A stretch of DNA of 63,662 nt, filler included, from Reclinomonas americana ATCC 50394 (taxonomy: Eukaryota): NCBI GenBank assembly GCA_048213135.1. It is 10 parts of 5 records of this genome, joined end to end, with 100 filler letters (N's around TTAATTAATTAA, not from the genome) between each part and the next. Parts side by side here need not be neighbours in the genome. Positions count along the whole stretch, not along the records: positions 62,086 to 63,662 come from PS015430.1; 9 more parts are not named here. One strand, given 5' to 3'. Shown here piece by piece: positions 62,086 through 63,662 of this stretch. Under the pieces are notes generated by a model. It searched no databases. It worked only from the letters and a program-made list of their open reading frames with translations, and was not told the DNA's origin. The position numbers were made by a program, and so were the translations under genes. Positions within the stretch are counted from its first letter, which is position 1, and each line of letters begins with the position of its first letter.

Positions 62086-63662
62086 CGGGGAGGGAGAATA
62101 CGAAGATTTGGAGGAAGATGAGGAGTACGAGGAGGGAGTGGATGATGACGAGGACAATGAGGAGTACTACGATGGTGAAAACGCGGACGACGAAGAGGGC
62201 GAGTACGGTGGTGAGGAGGGCGAGGAGTTGGATGCAGGCGACGACGAGGGAGCAGTGAGTGGCGCTGGTGCAGTGGGCACGACGGCTGCGGCGCCCGCTC
62301 GGCGACCTCCATCAGTGCGGGTCGCGGGCAAAACTGCCGGCGGTGGCCTTGCGATTCCACCACCGGTGGTGCTGCCGTCGGCCGCGACCAGGGCATCCCG
62401 CGCTGCACGTCGAGGGGCGAGATACAACGGCAGACTGCCAGTGTTTCCACCGAACTTCAATGCGGAGAGCATCGTAGACAACGCCATTGGTCCTGCCTCG
62501 AACAGCGTGGACGCGAGGTCTCGAAGCCAGCCTGCAGGTTCGCGAGTGACAATCAAGACCAGCACCACCGGCGTTGGTGGCCTTCGCGTGCTGTCCACCG
62601 ATGTGATTGTCGGTGATATTCAAGTTACGTGTCCGCACACGCATCGCCGCCAACGCCTCTTGCAGTGATCTTACTTGCTCATCCTTGCACAGCCTGTCGC
62701 CCCGTCTGCAGTACCGCCACCTCCACTTGCACCTCCAGCAGCGGCTGCGCGTTCTGCGTCTGTGCCGAGGAAGAAGCGCAAGAAGACCGCCAAGTCTGTC
62801 AAGTTAGCCGCGGAGCCAGAGGTTGGTGATGTGAATGCGAAAACCTCCCTTCAGCCCCCAACTCACTATTGTGTGTGTGCTGGCAGGTGCCACCAGAGGC
62901 TGCACTGCGGCAGCGTCGACGCAGCTCCGGAACTCTGGCGGCGTCGTCTTTCCCGACATCCAGCTTCGCTGCTGCTGCGTCCGCACCGGTCTCGTCGTCC
63001 AACGCTGCTGGCACGACTGCTTCCAGCGGCGAGACGAAACCGGCTGCTCGCAAGAAGGCCACCAAGAGCGACAAGGAAGGCAGCGGCGGCGGCGGCGGCA
63101 AGAGTTGCGTCTGATTTGCGACTGAATGCATGTGAGGTGGTGTGCACTCACACTCACCGTGACAGAGAGAGGTGGTCGTCCGGTGTATTCGGCCGTGTTT
63201 CCAGAGAACGAGCGCGGGCAGAAGGAGGCCTTCTTTGCGGATGCTACGCGCACCAGCAACCCGCACTTTGTGTACGCCAATCTAAAGAAGGCGCAGTCGT
63301 TGCTGGCGACCTTTGCCGTGGTCTCCAACAAGTACGTCAAGCAGGCCGAGTACATTCTCAATCGCGTGATCGAAGAGTACGGCTCGGAGAGCGCGTATCT
63401 GGAGCAGAGGTGTGAAGTTCGCATGGGAGGCTGGGAGCGAGAGTGTCGACTCACACAACTGTTTGTTTGTTTGTGTGTGCGCAGTCAAGGGGAGATATTG
63501 ACGACCAACGAGAGTGTCCGCGTATTCCAGTACTACCTCCAGCTGCACAGAATACGCTGCGAGATTCGACTGGTGACCGACAGTGCGTCGCCCACCAGTT
63601 TCAAGAACGGCTGCCTCTACGTGCGGTGAGCTGGCGTAGCAGGAGGGTTTTCTGTGCGCCAA
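62086..63662 (+). CDS. MATCAP/KIAA0895 (DUF1704)-family tubulin tyrosine carboxypeptidase-like protein, partial
   Basis: Acidic and low-complexity N-terminus, then PENERGQKEAFF..SNPHFVY..SNKYVKQAEYILNRVIEEYGSESAYLEQSQGEILT, matching my recollection of the MATCAP pre-catalytic region. The HExxxH motif would lie beyond the window. Confidence 0.72.

Noticed and set aside
842..63662. Alternative genetic code or stop-codon readthrough
   Set aside because: Apparent in-frame stops in the conserved genes fall inside GT-AG introns, and TGA and TAA both serve as true stops.
842..63662. Functional gene cluster (e.g. dynein with MATCAP, or GBP with esterase)
   Set aside because: Functions are unrelated, orientations are mixed and gaps of unknown size intervene; there is no evidence of co-regulation.

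Overview
Gappy draft scaffold of an intron-rich, GC-rich eukaryote using the standard genetic code. It is probably a flagellated protist, since it carries an outer-arm axonemal dynein; I cannot name the species. Splicing exons by hand gives about 14 genes: a 7TM-TKL kinase, a homeobox gene, an OGFOD2/ICU11-like 2OG-Fe(II) oxygenase, a DUF711 protein, a guanylate-binding protein with two C-terminal HeH/LEM-like repeats, a pectin acetylesterase/Notum, a NUDIX hydrolase, a Ser/Thr-rich surface protein, a gamma-type dynein heavy chain, RFT1, a MATCAP/KIAA0895-like peptidase and several unknowns. Most six-frame ORFs are microsatellite artefacts. The most striking signal is in the splicing grammar: besides ordinary G|GTGCG and G|GTGAG donors, many introns start with a one-base-shifted donor, GTTGCG (also GTTGAG, GTTACG, GTTGCA, GTTTCG). 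This donor lacks the near-universal +5 G and almost always follows a non-G exon base. Long introns are filled with intron-specific tandem repeats. Gene models are manual and lack transcript support, so boundaries are approximate. N-gaps and TTAATTAATTAA spacers hide exons.
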